A stretch of 64,000 bases of DNA, from assembly GCA_964407835.1 (NCBI GenBank), contig CAYOXB010000002.1, positions 11,876 through 75,875 of the forward strand, read 5' to 3'. Position numbers and translations under genes: made by a program. A model generated the notes under the pieces. The model did not search any database. It was given only the letters and a program-made list of their open reading frames with translations, and was not told where the DNA came from. Position 1 is the stretch's first letter; each line of letters starts with the position of its first letter. Positions 28,768 through 38,986 of the stretch are shown piece after piece. This DNA comes from an uncultured Bacteroidales bacterium. GTDB taxonomy: Bacteria > Bacillota_I > Bacilli_A > ML615J-28 > CAG-698.

Positions 28768-29763
28768 CTATTCAAGTTTAACTCTAGGATCTACTAATGC
28801 ATAACTAACGTCCATAATAACGTTGGCAAATAATCCTAAAATTGCATAAAATAAATTCATTGCTAAAACAATAGAATAATCTCTTGTTTCTAGTGCTTTA
28901 ATTAACAACCTACCAATACCATTAATTGAGAATACTTGTTCTGTAATTGCAGAACCACCAAAGATTCCAACTAAACTTCCTGCAACAATAGTTACAACAG
29001 GAATTAATGCATTTCTAAAAGCATGTGAGTAAATTACAACTCTTTCACTTAGACCTTTAGAACGTGCAGTTCTTATATAATCCTTCTTCAATACTTCAAT
29101 CATAGCATTACGAACATATCTAATTGTTCCAGCTAAACTTCCTATGGTTAAAGTTAAAACTGGCAAGAAAAGATGTCGAGTATATTGCCATAAAACTGTA
29201 AAAGCTCCATCACTATCTCTTATGGCAGGCATTCCTCCAAATTCTAAAATCCCTAATGTTACAGGAAATAAAAATATAAGTCCCATACCTATAAAGAATG
29301 TCGGCATCGAAGTAAATACCAAAGAGGCGACTTGCCATGTAGTGTCGTAGACCGAAAATCTTTTTACAGCAGATCTTATTCCTACAAATATTGCAATCAC
29401 AAAGGCAATAATCAAGGATAAAATATTAATCAAAATTGACGTCCGCAACGGTTCTGATATAACTTCCTTAACTTGAAGCCTTCTTGATGTAGAATATCCC
29501 AAATCTCCCTTTAATGTTCTACCTATCCATAAAAAGTATTGAGCAGTTAATGATTTATCTAACCCCAATTCTTTTTCTTTTTCTTTTATAAACTGTTCTC
29601 TAGCAGCTGGGTTTCTAACAAACTCTGGTGAAGCCAAAACATCACCATAAGCCATTTCTACTGGGTTTCCTGGTACTATTTTAACAATTCCAAACAAAAT
29701 AATTGAAATTACTATAGCTACAGGTATTAGTGTTAAAAACCTTTTTAATAAGTACTTTCCCAT
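28768..29763 (-). CDS. oppB: Oligopeptide ABC transporter permease OppB
   Basis: BPD_transp_1 permease. Start moved to MGKYLLKRFL (GGAGG 7 nt upstream); the track start at 29835 lacks an SD. Confidence 0.85.
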   Translation of the reverse strand: MGKYLLKRFLTLIPVAIVISIILFGIVKIVPGNPVEMAYGDVLASPEFVRNPAAREQFIKEKEKELGLDKSLTAQYFLWIGRTLKGDLGYSTSRRLQVKEVISEPLRTSILINILSLIIAFVIAIFVGIRSAVKRFSVYDTTWQVASLVFTSMPTFFIGMGLIFLFPVTLGILEFGGMPAIRDSDGAFTVLWQYTRHLFLPVLTLTIGSLAGTIRYVRNAMIEVLKKDYIRTARSKGLSERVVIYSHAFRNALIPVVTIVAGSLVGIFGGSAITEQVFSINGIGRLLIKALETRDYSIVLAMNLFYAILGLFANVIMDVSYALVDPRVKLE

Positions 29764-29908
29764 TATAACCTCCACATTTTTATATATTCTATCATTTTTA
29801 ATATTATATTTCAATAACACAATAATAAAAATCATTTAATATATTTACAAATAGAAAGGGAGAGACTATCTCTCCCTTAATATTTTACTAATATTAATCT
29901 AATTAAAA

Positions 29909-31840
29909 TTAGCCAATTTTAATATCACAAATTCCCTTTGCCCAGCTCCATACAGGACTAGTGTCTACGCCTGAAATTCTGTTGTTATAAACATCAAAAT
30001 ATTCATTTGAGTAAATTGGGATATTTGGTAAAATTTCATTCCATCTAACAACGAATTCAACAAATAATTCTTTGAATTCAGCTTTAGCTGCTGGATCTAA
30101 TTTTTGCATTAATTCTGTAACTCTATCAATTTCATCATCCTTAGTCATACCAGGGTTGTTTGTAGTTCCAGCTAGAGAACTATGCCAGCTCCAGAATGGG
30201 TCATAATCTGAATAGAAGTTTGTAGCTAAGTTAAAGCTATGATATTGTAAATCTTCTTCAGATTTAGAAGAACCATAATAATAATTATCTAATAATGTGT
30301 CGAAATCGCCTTGAGTTAATTCGAATTTAAGCCCAGCTTTCCAACCATTTTCTTGATACTGTAATAGAATTGCATCCCCAATTTCTTTAGATGCACTAAA
30401 GTGATTGATGAATAGCGGATCTTTATCAGCATTGTGACGTAGGTAACTTCCATCTGCTTTTGCTTTTGCAGGATCAAATGGTGTAACGCCGTCAGCTTCA
30501 AATTTATAAGAACTTTCGTCTAATTCTTGATTTGCTTTATCAATGTCAAGTGTATAGTTAATTAATTTTTCTTGTAATTCTGCTTTTGTTTCTTGGTAGA
30601 ACCATTGAGCTTCACCATAAGGTCCATTAACTAATGTTCCATATCCACCTAGGATTTGGTCTAAGAATACGCGTCTGTCAAGTAAGTAAGCCATTGCACG
30701 ACGTACTTCTACTTCTTTAACAGGCCCAAAATATTGAGCAAATGCGATTAATCCATAACCATTTCTAGCATAAGATACTAAACTAACTTTTTTAGGATTG
30801 TTTTTAGCATCTTCAATTTTAGCACCTTCAACAACACCGTTAACAAGGTCTACAGCTCCACTGATTACTTGTTGAACGTCTGTTTCAGTATTGATTGATT
30901 TAATAATTACATTTTGAATTGATGGCTTTTTGCCTTCATAGTTTGTTTTGAATTCTGGGTTAAGTTCTACTCTAACAATTTGGTCTTTGAAACTTACAAA
31001 TTGGTAAGGTCCAGCAGTAACTACTGGTTTAAAACGTAATCCTTCTTCAGCTTTGTTAATTGTATCAGCAACTGTATCTTTAATATCTTTAGTAGCATCT
31101 ACTTTTGTAATATATGATCCTTCTCCATCATCTTTTACATCATAACCTGGTAGATATGCATGTAATGGGATTGGGCTTGAACTAACCATTGTAACTTCAT
31201 AGAAGTATGGTAGGTTATCTTCATCAATTGTTAATGCGAATTCATATTTTCCTAACAATCTAACACCAGGGAATACTCTATCTTCAACTGAATAAGATTT
31301 TTTAGTAACCCATTTAGTTCCTGTTACGTTACCTTCTTCGTCTTTAACATCAACTTCTTCTTGATCTGCAGGATCTTCAGCTTTTCCGTATCTATACTCT
31401 TCAAATCCTACAAGATAATAACCAGCATTTGCACTTGTAGCAATTGAAGTCCAGTCATTAGAAGATAATAGCAACATAGCAGCTACATATTCTTTTGCTG
31501 TAATTTCAGCTCCTGTGTTAAATTTAAGGTCTTCTTGTAATTTAAATGTATATGTTTTGTTTCCTTCATCATCTTCTGAAGTTGTCGGCGCGCTTGCTAA
31601 TACAGCTTTTGTATCCCAAACAAATTCGCCTGCTTTAGTTTCGACAAGTGTTCCATAACCATGAACTAAATCACGTACATAGACATCATAAGCACTGCTT
31701 CCAAAGCCAGCTATGAAGTCTCCACTTAGATTAGGAGTACCTACAGTAAGAGTATCTTTACTGTCTTTGTCACACGCTGCAAGTGCAAATACAGCAAACA
31801 ATGCAACAACAAGTACTGCTAATTTTTTAACTAATTTCAT
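29909..31840 (-). CDS. oppA: Oligopeptide-binding lipoprotein OppA (SBP family 5)
   Basis: Lipoprotein signal …FALAACDKDS; 643 aa; family-5 SBP segments. Confidence 0.85.
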   Translation of the reverse strand: MKLVKKLAVLVVALFAVFALAACDKDSKDTLTVGTPNLSGDFIAGFGSSAYDVYVRDLVHGYGTLVETKAGEFVWDTKAVLASAPTTSEDDEGNKTYTFKLQEDLKFNTGAEITAKEYVAAMLLLSSNDWTSIATSANAGYYLVGFEEYRYGKAEDPADQEEVDVKDEEGNVTGTKWVTKKSYSVEDRVFPGVRLLGKYEFALTIDEDNLPYFYEVTMVSSSPIPLHAYLPGYDVKDDGEGSYITKVDATKDIKDTVADTINKAEEGLRFKPVVTAGPYQFVSFKDQIVRVELNPEFKTNYEGKKPSIQNVIIKSINTETDVQQVISGAVDLVNGVVEGAKIEDAKNNPKKVSLVSYARNGYGLIAFAQYFGPVKEVEVRRAMAYLLDRRVFLDQILGGYGTLVNGPYGEAQWFYQETKAELQEKLINYTLDIDKANQELDESSYKFEADGVTPFDPAKAKADGSYLRHNADKDPLFINHFSASKEIGDAILLQYQENGWKAGLKFELTQGDFDTLLDNYYYGSSKSEEDLQYHSFNLATNFYSDYDPFWSWHSSLAGTTNNPGMTKDDEIDRVTELMQKLDPAAKAEFKELFVEFVVRWNEILPNIPIYSNEYFDVYNNRISGVDTSPVWSWAKGICDIKIG

Positions 31841-31889
31841 ACTTTATTTCTCCTTTATGTATTTTTTACACACCAAAGTGTATACAACT

Positions 31890-31917
31890 ATTATACATAA
31901 TATTTATTTCTTGTCAA
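31890..31917 (-). promoter_or_regulatory. Sigma-A promoter of the opp operon
   Basis: Minus strand: TTGACA – 16 nt – TATAAT, about 50 nt upstream of the oppA ATG; AAAGGAG RBS. Confidence 0.65.
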
Positions 31918-31918
31918 C

Positions 31919-31931
31919 ATTTTTCGAAAAT
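31919..31931. promoter_or_regulatory. Palindromic operator-like element (CodY-box-like) abutting the opp -35
   Basis: ATTTTTCGAAAAT is a perfect 13-nt palindrome resembling the CodY consensus AATTTTCWGAAAATT; it sits immediately upstream of the -35. Confidence 0.35.
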
Positions 31932-32101
31932 ATCAAAAAAGAAATGAAAATGTAAACGTTGACATTAAAAAAATAAATTATATTATTCTCTATTTATCGC
32001 TTAATAAAACGCTTACATTGACCATTCTTAAAATAACTTGTATTTTTTTGAAAAAGTTATATAATAATAGTAGTTGATTATAACCTAGGAGAATTATAAA
32101 T

Positions 32102-33094
32102 ATGAACATTGTATTATCCGGCGTCAAGCCTACCGGTATTCCCACTTTAGGAAACTATATTGGCGCTTTAAAAAATTTTGTGAAACTACAAAACGAGATG
32201 ACTGACTATGAATTTTTCATCTTTGTTGCTGATCTTCATGCTATAACAGTACCTCAAGATCCGAAAGAATTAAAACAAAATGTTAAAAACGTCGCAGCTC
32301 TTTATCTTGCTTGTGGACTTAATCCTGAACGTCTAACTCTATTTGTACAATCTGAAGTTAAAGAACATGTAGAGCTTGGATATGTAATGCAAAGCATTGC
32401 ATATATGGGTGAATTAGAAAGAATGACACAATTTAAAGATAAAGTTCAAAAACAAGAAACTGGCGTATCATCAGCTTTATTTACTTATCCTGCTCTAATG
32501 GCAGCCGATATTTTACTTTATGATGCTAAGTATGTCCCTGTAGGCGAAGACCAAAAACAACATTTAGAACTTACTAGAGATCTTGCAAATAGATTTAATA
32601 ACCGTTTTGGTAATACTTTCAAAGTCCCAGAAGACTTAATTAGCAAAACAGGCGCAAGAATAATGGATTTACAAGAACCTACAAAAAAGATGGATAAGTC
32701 TGAACTGGAAAATAAAGGTTGTATTTTTTTACTTGAACCACTAAATAGTATTAGAAAAAAAATAAAATCAGCTGTAACTGATAGTGAAGCTATTGTAAAA
32801 TATGATAAAGCAAATAAACCTGGTATATCTAATTTAATGACAATCTACTCTGCAGTAACTAATTTAACTTATGAAGAAATTGAAGTTACTTATAAAGGAA
32901 AAGGATATGGTGATTTCAAATCTGATTTAGCTGAACTTGTTGTAAATGAGATAAAACCAATTCAAGAAAGATTTGAGGAAATCGTCAACTCTAACTTCTT
33001 AGATGAGATTTTAGATAAGGGAAGAGAAAAAGCTTCATTGTTTGCAAGCAGAAAAATGGAAAAAGTCTTTAAGAAACTAGGACTAAAAAGATAA
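32102..33094 (+). CDS. trpS: Tryptophan--tRNA ligase
   Basis: Class I motifs: …SGVKPTG… with HIGH-like TLGNYIGA, and KMSKS-like KMDKS. Confidence 0.95.
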   Translation: MNIVLSGVKPTGIPTLGNYIGALKNFVKLQNEMTDYEFFIFVADLHAITVPQDPKELKQNVKNVAALYLACGLNPERLTLFVQSEVKEHVELGYVMQSIAYMGELERMTQFKDKVQKQETGVSSALFTYPALMAADILLYDAKYVPVGEDQKQHLELTRDLANRFNNRFGNTFKVPEDLISKTGARIMDLQEPTKKMDKSELENKGCIFLLEPLNSIRKKIKSAVTDSEAIVKYDKANKPGISNLMTIYSAVTNLTYEEIEVTYKGKGYGDFKSDLAELVVNEIKPIQERFEEIVNSNFLDEILDKGREKASLFASRKMEKVFKKLGLKR

Positions 33095-33096
33095 AA

Positions 33097-33122
33097 AGAT
33101 TAGCTTTTTGCTAATCTTTTTT
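33097..33122. terminator. Bidirectional terminator between trpS and tyrS
   Basis: AGATTAGC-TTTTT-GCTAATCT flanked by A and T runs. Confidence 0.75.
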
Positions 33123-34377
33123 AATGCTTAACTAAATAATAGTTTTTCTTGCCTCTTCTAATAACTGTAAATTTACCTTCAATTGCATTATTCTTAGAAA
33201 CAACAAACTCCCAAGACTTTTCTTGTTCACCATTTATACTTACTGCGCCATTTTTAATGAACTCACGAGCTTCTCTTTTTGATGAAGCTGCTTTTATTTC
33301 TACAAGCAAATCTATTAAATTCATATCTTCATTCAATTCTAAAGATGGAACATCTCTAAATCCATCACTAATTTCAAAAGCATTTAAGCTTTTAATATCA
33401 CCGCTGAACAAAGCTTCACTAACTTTTAATGCTTGTAAGTAAGCATCCTTACCATGAACAAAAGAAACCAACTCTTCTGTTAGGACTTTTTGAGCAAGTC
33501 TTTTATGTGGTTCTGCTAAGAATTCTTTTTCAATCTTTTCTATTTCTTCTTTTGATAAGAAAGTATAGTATTTAAGATATGTTACAGCATCATCATCTGC
33601 AGTATTAATAAAGAATTGATACATTTGATATGGTGTTGTTTTTTCTGGGTCTAGCCATACTGTACCACTTTCTGTTTTTCCAAACTTTGAACCATCACTT
33701 TTTGTAATTAGAGGTATTGTTAAACCATAGGCTTTAGCTTCTGGTCCTTCAATTTTTCTAATTAGATCCATACCAGCTAAGATATTACCCCACTGGTCTT
33801 GGCCACCAATTTGCATTTCACAATGTAATTCTTTATTTTGATACATTTTTAAAAAGTCAATACTTTGCATTACCATATAAGAAAACTCTAAGTATGTTAG
33901 ACCGCTCTCAAGTCTACTTTTTACAGAATCTTTGCTGAGCATTATATTTATGTTGAAATGTTTACCATAGTCTCTCCACATATCGATTGCAAGCATACTA
34001 CTTAACCATTCAGCATTATCTAAACTAAATGCAGTTTTATTGTCAAATTCAATAAATCTTGCAAATTGTTTTTTAAATTGATCAGCCCATTCTTTAACTG
34101 TTTCAAAAGAGTTAACTCCTCTTTCTGTTTTCTTTCCACTTGGATCCCCAATAAGACCAGTACCGCCACCAGTTAGAGCTATTATTTTATGACCTGCTCT
34201 TTGAAATCTAAGTAGGGTAATGATTGGAACTAAAGAACCTATATGCATACTATCTGCAGTAGGGTCAAACCCACAATATAGGGTAATTGGCTTTTCTTCT
34301 AATCTTTTCGCAAGTTCTTCTTCATTTACAATATCGTAAATGAGTCCTCGCCATCTTAATTCTTCTAAAAAATTCAA
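33121..34377 (-). CDS. tyrS: Tyrosine--tRNA ligase
   Basis: HIGS (…ADSMHIGSL…), KFGKT (KMSKS) and a C-terminal S4 domain. TTG start with AAAGGAGG 7 nt upstream. Confidence 0.9.
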   Translation of the reverse strand: MNFLEELRWRGLIYDIVNEEELAKRLEEKPITLYCGFDPTADSMHIGSLVPIITLLRFQRAGHKIIALTGGGTGLIGDPSGKKTERGVNSFETVKEWADQFKKQFARFIEFDNKTAFSLDNAEWLSSMLAIDMWRDYGKHFNINIMLSKDSVKSRLESGLTYLEFSYMVMQSIDFLKMYQNKELHCEMQIGGQDQWGNILAGMDLIRKIEGPEAKAYGLTIPLITKSDGSKFGKTESGTVWLDPEKTTPYQMYQFFINTADDDAVTYLKYYTFLSKEEIEKIEKEFLAEPHKRLAQKVLTEELVSFVHGKDAYLQALKVSEALFSGDIKSLNAFEISDGFRDVPSLELNEDMNLIDLLVEIKAASSKREAREFIKNGAVSINGEQEKSWEFVVSKNNAIEGKFTVIRRGKKNYYLVKH

Positions 34378-34385
34378 TTTTATTT

Positions 34386-34597
34386 CCTCCTTTAATATAA
34401 AAAGTCCTTAAGAAAAACTCTTAAGGACGAATAGTATCCGCGGTACCACCTTATTTTTTAGATTACTCTAAACACTCTAGTTACACTGAAACTCCTAAGA
34501 TGTATTTCTAAATAAATTTGTTTTAAGTTCACACCTACCACTTAAATCTCTGCTACTACAATAATTACTTATACTTAAGCCTTATTCATCGTTTCTA
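34386..34597 (-). promoter_or_regulatory. T-box riboswitch leader (Tyr specifier) of tyrS
   Basis: Stem-I start AAACGATGAATAAGG begins at the stop codon of the upstream LacI-family gene. It contains a candidate specifier GAA-AUAC-A (UAC, Tyr), the T-box AATAAGGTGGTACCGCGG (plus 34438-34455) and a terminator GTCCTTAAGAGTTTTTCTTAAGGAC + U-run (34394-34428). Confidence 0.8.
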
Positions 34598-35593
34598 TTT
34601 AGTTGAACCTCTCCATATTACTTGATAATCCACAAGTAAATTATTAGGTTTTTTTGTTTGATCATCGTTTTGCATTAGTTCAGTTAAATGAGCCATTGCA
34701 ATATTTCCTATTTCATAAATAGGTGTTTCTACACAAGTTAGCTTTGGATTGGATAACTCTGCATATCTTGTGTTTTGAAAACCTATTACTTGTAGATCTT
34801 CAGGAACCTTATAACCTTTATTCATAGCTATATTCATAAATGAAATAGCCATAGAATCTCTAACAACTAAAGCAACTTCAGGAATATCATTGTCAATGAT
34901 AGATGCAAATTGTGGTTCATTAATTTTTAAATTCCCACTAGATCTAACTACATTTACTTTTAGTCCAGCTTCATCCATTGCCTTTTGATAGCCTTTTTCT
35001 TTTAATTCATTAACTGTATAGTTGTGTTCTGTACCAATAAACATTATTTTTTTATTGCCTCGATTAATCATTTCCTTTGTGATTTCATATGCACAATTTT
35101 CATAATTAATACCAACACTACCAAATTCCTCAGTAGGTGAAACCATATTTACAAATACAACTGGTACTGGAGTATATTTAACATGTTCAATAGTGTCTTT
35201 AGTAATTTCATCATTCATTAATAAAATACCATCAACACTTGATGCAATAACCTCACTCCACACTTCTGATTCCAAATTAGGATCTGTGTTAGTAAATAGT
35301 CTAATAGTATAACCAAATTTCTTTGCACTATCGTAAATACCTTCTATCATTTCAGCAACACTTGCTCTTGAAATAGTTGGAATTACAATCGCAACAGTTG
35401 TCGATCTTCTGCTTGCTAAACTACGAGCATTTGCATTTGGCTTATAGCCTTTTTCTTTAATGATCTTCAATACTTTTTTTCTAGTCGACTCTTTTACTTT
35501 TTCCGGATGATTTAAAACCCTAGAAACAGTAGCCAAACTAACACCTGCAGCTCCAGCGATATCATAAATTTTAGCTTGATTCATAATTTTCAC
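34595..35593 (-). CDS. LacI family transcriptional regulator (CcpA-like)
   Basis: N-terminal HTH …YDIAGAAGVSLATVSRVLN… followed by a periplasmic-binding-protein-like domain. Confidence 0.85.
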   Translation of the reverse strand: MKIMNQAKIYDIAGAAGVSLATVSRVLNHPEKVKESTRKKVLKIIKEKGYKPNANARSLASRRSTTVAIVIPTISRASVAEMIEGIYDSAKKFGYTIRLFTNTDPNLESEVWSEVIASSVDGILLMNDEITKDTIEHVKYTPVPVVFVNMVSPTEEFGSVGINYENCAYEITKEMINRGNKKIMFIGTEHNYTVNELKEKGYQKAMDEAGLKVNVVRSSGNLKINEPQFASIIDNDIPEVALVVRDSMAISFMNIAMNKGYKVPEDLQVIGFQNTRYAELSNPKLTCVETPIYEIGNIAMAHLTELMQNDDQTKKPNNLLVDYQVIWRGSTK

Positions 35594-35717
35594 CTTCTTT
35601 ACTTACAGTATATATATTAACACACAATGAAAATATTTTCAATAATTTTTGTAAATGAAATTTTATTTACATTATTAACTTTTAATCATGCATGAATATT
35701 CATTAATTGTTTTAAAT

Positions 35718-36008
35718 CTAATCCTGTTTTTGATTTATTTCTTGATCTTTTTCTCTTATTGTTTTTTCTAATTTTCTAATTCTAGCTTCTTTATATTCCT
35801 CATCCTCTTTATCTCTCTTATAAATTGAATAGCTAAAAAGCGCACCACCATTACATACTACAAAAGCAATGACACTGTAAATTATAGCTTGTGCTATAGG
35901 TAAATTTTCGGAATGATTTATTGAAACAACAATTAAAACAATAGGTATAACTATAGAAGTAACAACTAACATTATTGCATTACCTAAATATCTATATCTT
36001 GGTTTCAT
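35718..36008 (-). CDS. Small membrane protein (2 TM plus charged C-terminal coil)
   Basis: 96-aa ORF; AAGGAAGG about 11 nt upstream. Confidence 0.45.
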   Translation of the reverse strand: MKPRYRYLGNAIMLVVTSIVIPIVLIVVSINHSENLPIAQAIIYSVIAFVVCNGGALFSYSIYKRDKEDEEYKEARIRKLEKTIREKDQEINQKQD

Positions 36009-36041
36009 TTATACTAAACCTTCCTTTCCTTATATTTTTAA

Positions 36042-37265
36042 TTAAAAAACAAAATTGCCTTTCTTAAATACAGCAACATCTTTACCATCTTTTGTATAGC
36101 CAGTAATTTCCATATCGTCTGAACCAAACATAAAGTCAACATGAGCCATAGATTTATTATAGCCTTTTGTTAACAACTCTGCTTCTTCCATTTGTAATCC
36201 ACCTTTAATGTTCATCGGATAAGCGTTACCTAAAGCTAAATGACAAGATGCATTTTCATCAAACAATGTATTAAAGAATAAAATATTAGTATTTGATATT
36301 GGTGAATCATGGCTAATTAAAGCAACTTCACCAAGTCTAGAACTTCCTTCATCTAATTCTAATAAACCTTTTAAAGCTTCATATTCTTTTTCAGCTCCAA
36401 AATCTACAACTTTTCCTTCTTCAAAAACTAGATAAAAGTTTTCAACAAGCTTACCTTGATAGTTAAGAGGCTTTGTTGCAACAACTTTACCATTTGTTCC
36501 AAACTTATGTGGCATAGTAAATGTTTCTTCTGTTGGAATATTAGGTGCAAAATAAACTCCACCCTTTGATTCTTCTCCTCCACCAGCCCAAATATGACCT
36601 TCCACTAATTCAACTTTTAAATCAGTTCCTATTGAATTCTTAAAATGTAAGTATTTAAAATCATAATCATTTAATTTTTTATTGTGATCTGCAAGTTCTT
36701 TCATATGTTTTTCCCAGTCACTTACTGGATTATTAGTATCTGTAACTCGTGAAGCCATTAAAATAGCATCTAAAAGTTTCTCAAATGATTTTTTATCATT
36801 TGGAAATACTTTATCTGCCCATGCTTTTGTTGGATAAGCAACAACTAGCCATTGTGATCCATTACCCATTAAGTGTTTTTGGTAAAAACTCATCTTCTCA
36901 AATGAAGCTTTATTTCTTGCTTGCATTTTTCGAGGATCAACATCTTTCATTAATCCCGGTGTTGGTGCAGAAATTGAAATTACTGCAGCTTTTTTGTCTA
37001 CGATATATTGTGTTTGTGCTACAACATAATCAGGTATCTCACTCATTTTTTCCATTGATGCATAATCATAGAAATATTTATTAGTTACATCATCGTTCCA
37101 TCTTACCATTACATCGCTCGCTCCAGCTTTAAAGCCGTTTTCCACAATTAGTCTAGTAAAGTCTTTACACTCAACTGGTGAATTAATAACAAGCATTTGA
37201 CCTTCTTGAATATTAACACCAATCTTAACAGCAAGTTCTGCGTATTTGTTTAATTTTTCTAACAT
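36042..37265 (-). CDS. pepS: Aminopeptidase PepS/AmpS (M29 family)
   Basis: 407 aa; an N-terminal …GVNIQEGQ… segment and overall M29 thermophilic-metalloprotease pattern. Confidence 0.8.
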   Translation of the reverse strand: MLEKLNKYAELAVKIGVNIQEGQMLVINSPVECKDFTRLIVENGFKAGASDVMVRWNDDVTNKYFYDYASMEKMSEIPDYVVAQTQYIVDKKAAVISISAPTPGLMKDVDPRKMQARNKASFEKMSFYQKHLMGNGSQWLVVAYPTKAWADKVFPNDKKSFEKLLDAILMASRVTDTNNPVSDWEKHMKELADHNKKLNDYDFKYLHFKNSIGTDLKVELVEGHIWAGGGEESKGGVYFAPNIPTEETFTMPHKFGTNGKVVATKPLNYQGKLVENFYLVFEEGKVVDFGAEKEYEALKGLLELDEGSSRLGEVALISHDSPISNTNILFFNTLFDENASCHLALGNAYPMNIKGGLQMEEAELLTKGYNKSMAHVDFMFGSDDMEITGYTKDGKDVAVFKKGNFVF

Positions 37266-37369
37266 AAATTTAATCTCCTTTTAATCTTATCTAGTATTAT
37301 AACATAAAAAGTATTTATAAAAAATAATTTGTGTTATAATTTACAACAGAAAAGGTAAAATTTTGACTA

Positions 37370-38521
37370 ATGAAAAAAGTATTTATAATTGGTGGCGGTC
37401 CATCTGGGATGATGAGCGCTATATCTGCAAAAATTCATAATAAAAACTTTGAAGTTATTATCTTGGAAGCTAACAATTCTCTTGGTAAGAAATTACTGCT
37501 TACTGGTGGAGGAAGATGTAATGTAACTGTTAATGCAAACGATAATGACATTGTTTCGCATATCCCAAAAAATGGTAAGTTTTTATATAGTTCCCTACAA
37601 AATTTTAGCTCAAAAGATATTATTGATTTTTTTGAAAATAATAATTGTCCTTTAAAAGAAGAAGAGTACAGTAGAATTTTTCCAAAAAGCAATAAGTCTT
37701 CTTCTATTTTATCGGCACTTGAAAACAAAATAGTTAATCTTGGAATAAAAGTAATCTATAATAGTAAGGTTATCAACATTAACAATAAAGAAAAATCAGT
37801 TACAACAAACAGTCAAAAATATCATTATGATTATTTAATTATTGCAACAGGTGGGATTACTTTTACCCACACTGGATCTGATGGAACTGGTTATGAGTTA
37901 GCTAAATCTATTGGACACAATATAACAAAACTACTACCTGCTGAGGTTCCTCTTGTGTCTAATGATTCCTTCATTCAAGACAAAACTCTTCAAGGTCTTT
38001 CTTTTAAAGACATTAGTTTAAAAGTATTAAATAACAAAAAGATTTTAAAAGAATTGCACCATGATTTAATATTTACTCATTTTGGTTTATCTGGTCCAGC
38101 TGCGCTAAGGGCTAGTTACTATATTCAAGAGTTATTAAAGGTAAATAGTATTGTCAACTTAGAAATTGATTTTCTTCCTAATCTTAGTTTAGAAGAACTA
38201 AAAACACTAACTTCTATTAATATTCCAAAAAGACTAAATGATCATTTAGAAACTATAGCAACAAAAGAGGTAACTAAACTACACTTAATAAAAAAATTCC
38301 CCATATCGGTTTATTCAACAAGGGGATTTAATGTAGCTTTTGTAACTAATGGTGGAATCAATATAAAAGAAATAGATCCCAAAACTTTAAAATCGAAGCT
38401 AGATATTTCCGTTTCTTTTTGTGGGGAAATAATAGATTATAACGGCTTTACTGGAGGATATAATTTAACTGCAGCATTTTCTACAGGTTATACTGCTGGA
38501 AAATATTTAAATAGCAAATAA
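37370..38521 (+). CDS. NAD(P)/FAD-dependent oxidoreductase, HI0933/YtfP family
   Basis: IIGGGPSGMMSAI dinucleotide motif; …LTGGGRCNVT… is characteristic of HI0933-like flavoproteins. Confidence 0.8.
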   Translation: MKKVFIIGGGPSGMMSAISAKIHNKNFEVIILEANNSLGKKLLLTGGGRCNVTVNANDNDIVSHIPKNGKFLYSSLQNFSSKDIIDFFENNNCPLKEEEYSRIFPKSNKSSSILSALENKIVNLGIKVIYNSKVININNKEKSVTTNSQKYHYDYLIIATGGITFTHTGSDGTGYELAKSIGHNITKLLPAEVPLVSNDSFIQDKTLQGLSFKDISLKVLNNKKILKELHHDLIFTHFGLSGPAALRASYYIQELLKVNSIVNLEIDFLPNLSLEELKTLTSINIPKRLNDHLETIATKEVTKLHLIKKFPISVYSTRGFNVAFVTNGGINIKEIDPKTLKSKLDISVSFCGEIIDYNGFTGGYNLTAAFSTGYTAGKYLNSK

Positions 38522-38525
38522 AAAA

Positions 38526-38550
38526 AAGAGCATATGCTCTTATTTTTTTG
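38526..38550. terminator. Bidirectional terminator between the oxidoreductase gene and rplS
   Basis: AAGAGCATATGCTCTT followed by TTTTTTT, with A-run upstream. Confidence 0.7.
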
Positions 38551-38896
38551 CTCTTCGTTCTTTGATACGAGCAGCCTTTGCTGATAAAGTACGAATATAA
38601 TTAAGTTTAGCTCTACGAACTTTCCCTAATCTTACTACTTCTATCATCGCTACGTTAGGTGTATGAACCGGAAATGTTCTTTCAACTCCAATTCCGTAAG
38701 ATATCTTACGAACTGTGAATGTTTCACTAATTCCACCACCACGTCTTTTGATTACTAATCCTTCGAAAATCTGAACACGTTCTCTTGCTCCCTCTTTAAT
38801 CTTTACGTGAACTCTAACAGTATCACCAGGACGGAACTCAGGAACATCATTTCTCATATACTCATTAGTAATTGAAGCAATCATTTCTTGACTCAT
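38540..38896 (-). CDS. rplS: 50S ribosomal protein L19
   Basis: …FRPGDTVRV…IQ.FEGVVI…RR…G…TFTVRK… Start moved to MSQEMIAS (AAGGAG about 9 nt upstream); the track start adds 10 unlikely residues. Confidence 0.9.
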   Translation of the reverse strand: MSQEMIASITNEYMRNDVPEFRPGDTVRVHVKIKEGARERVQIFEGLVIKRRGGGISETFTVRKISYGIGVERTFPVHTPNVAMIEVVRLGKVRRAKLNYIRTLSAKAARIKERRAKK

Positions 38897-38986
38897 TGTT
38901 TTCACGCTCCTTCTGCCAGTGTTCATATATATTCCATTCTAAATATTAGCGGAACACCGTGATCAGTTAATTTCTTAACCTTAAAT

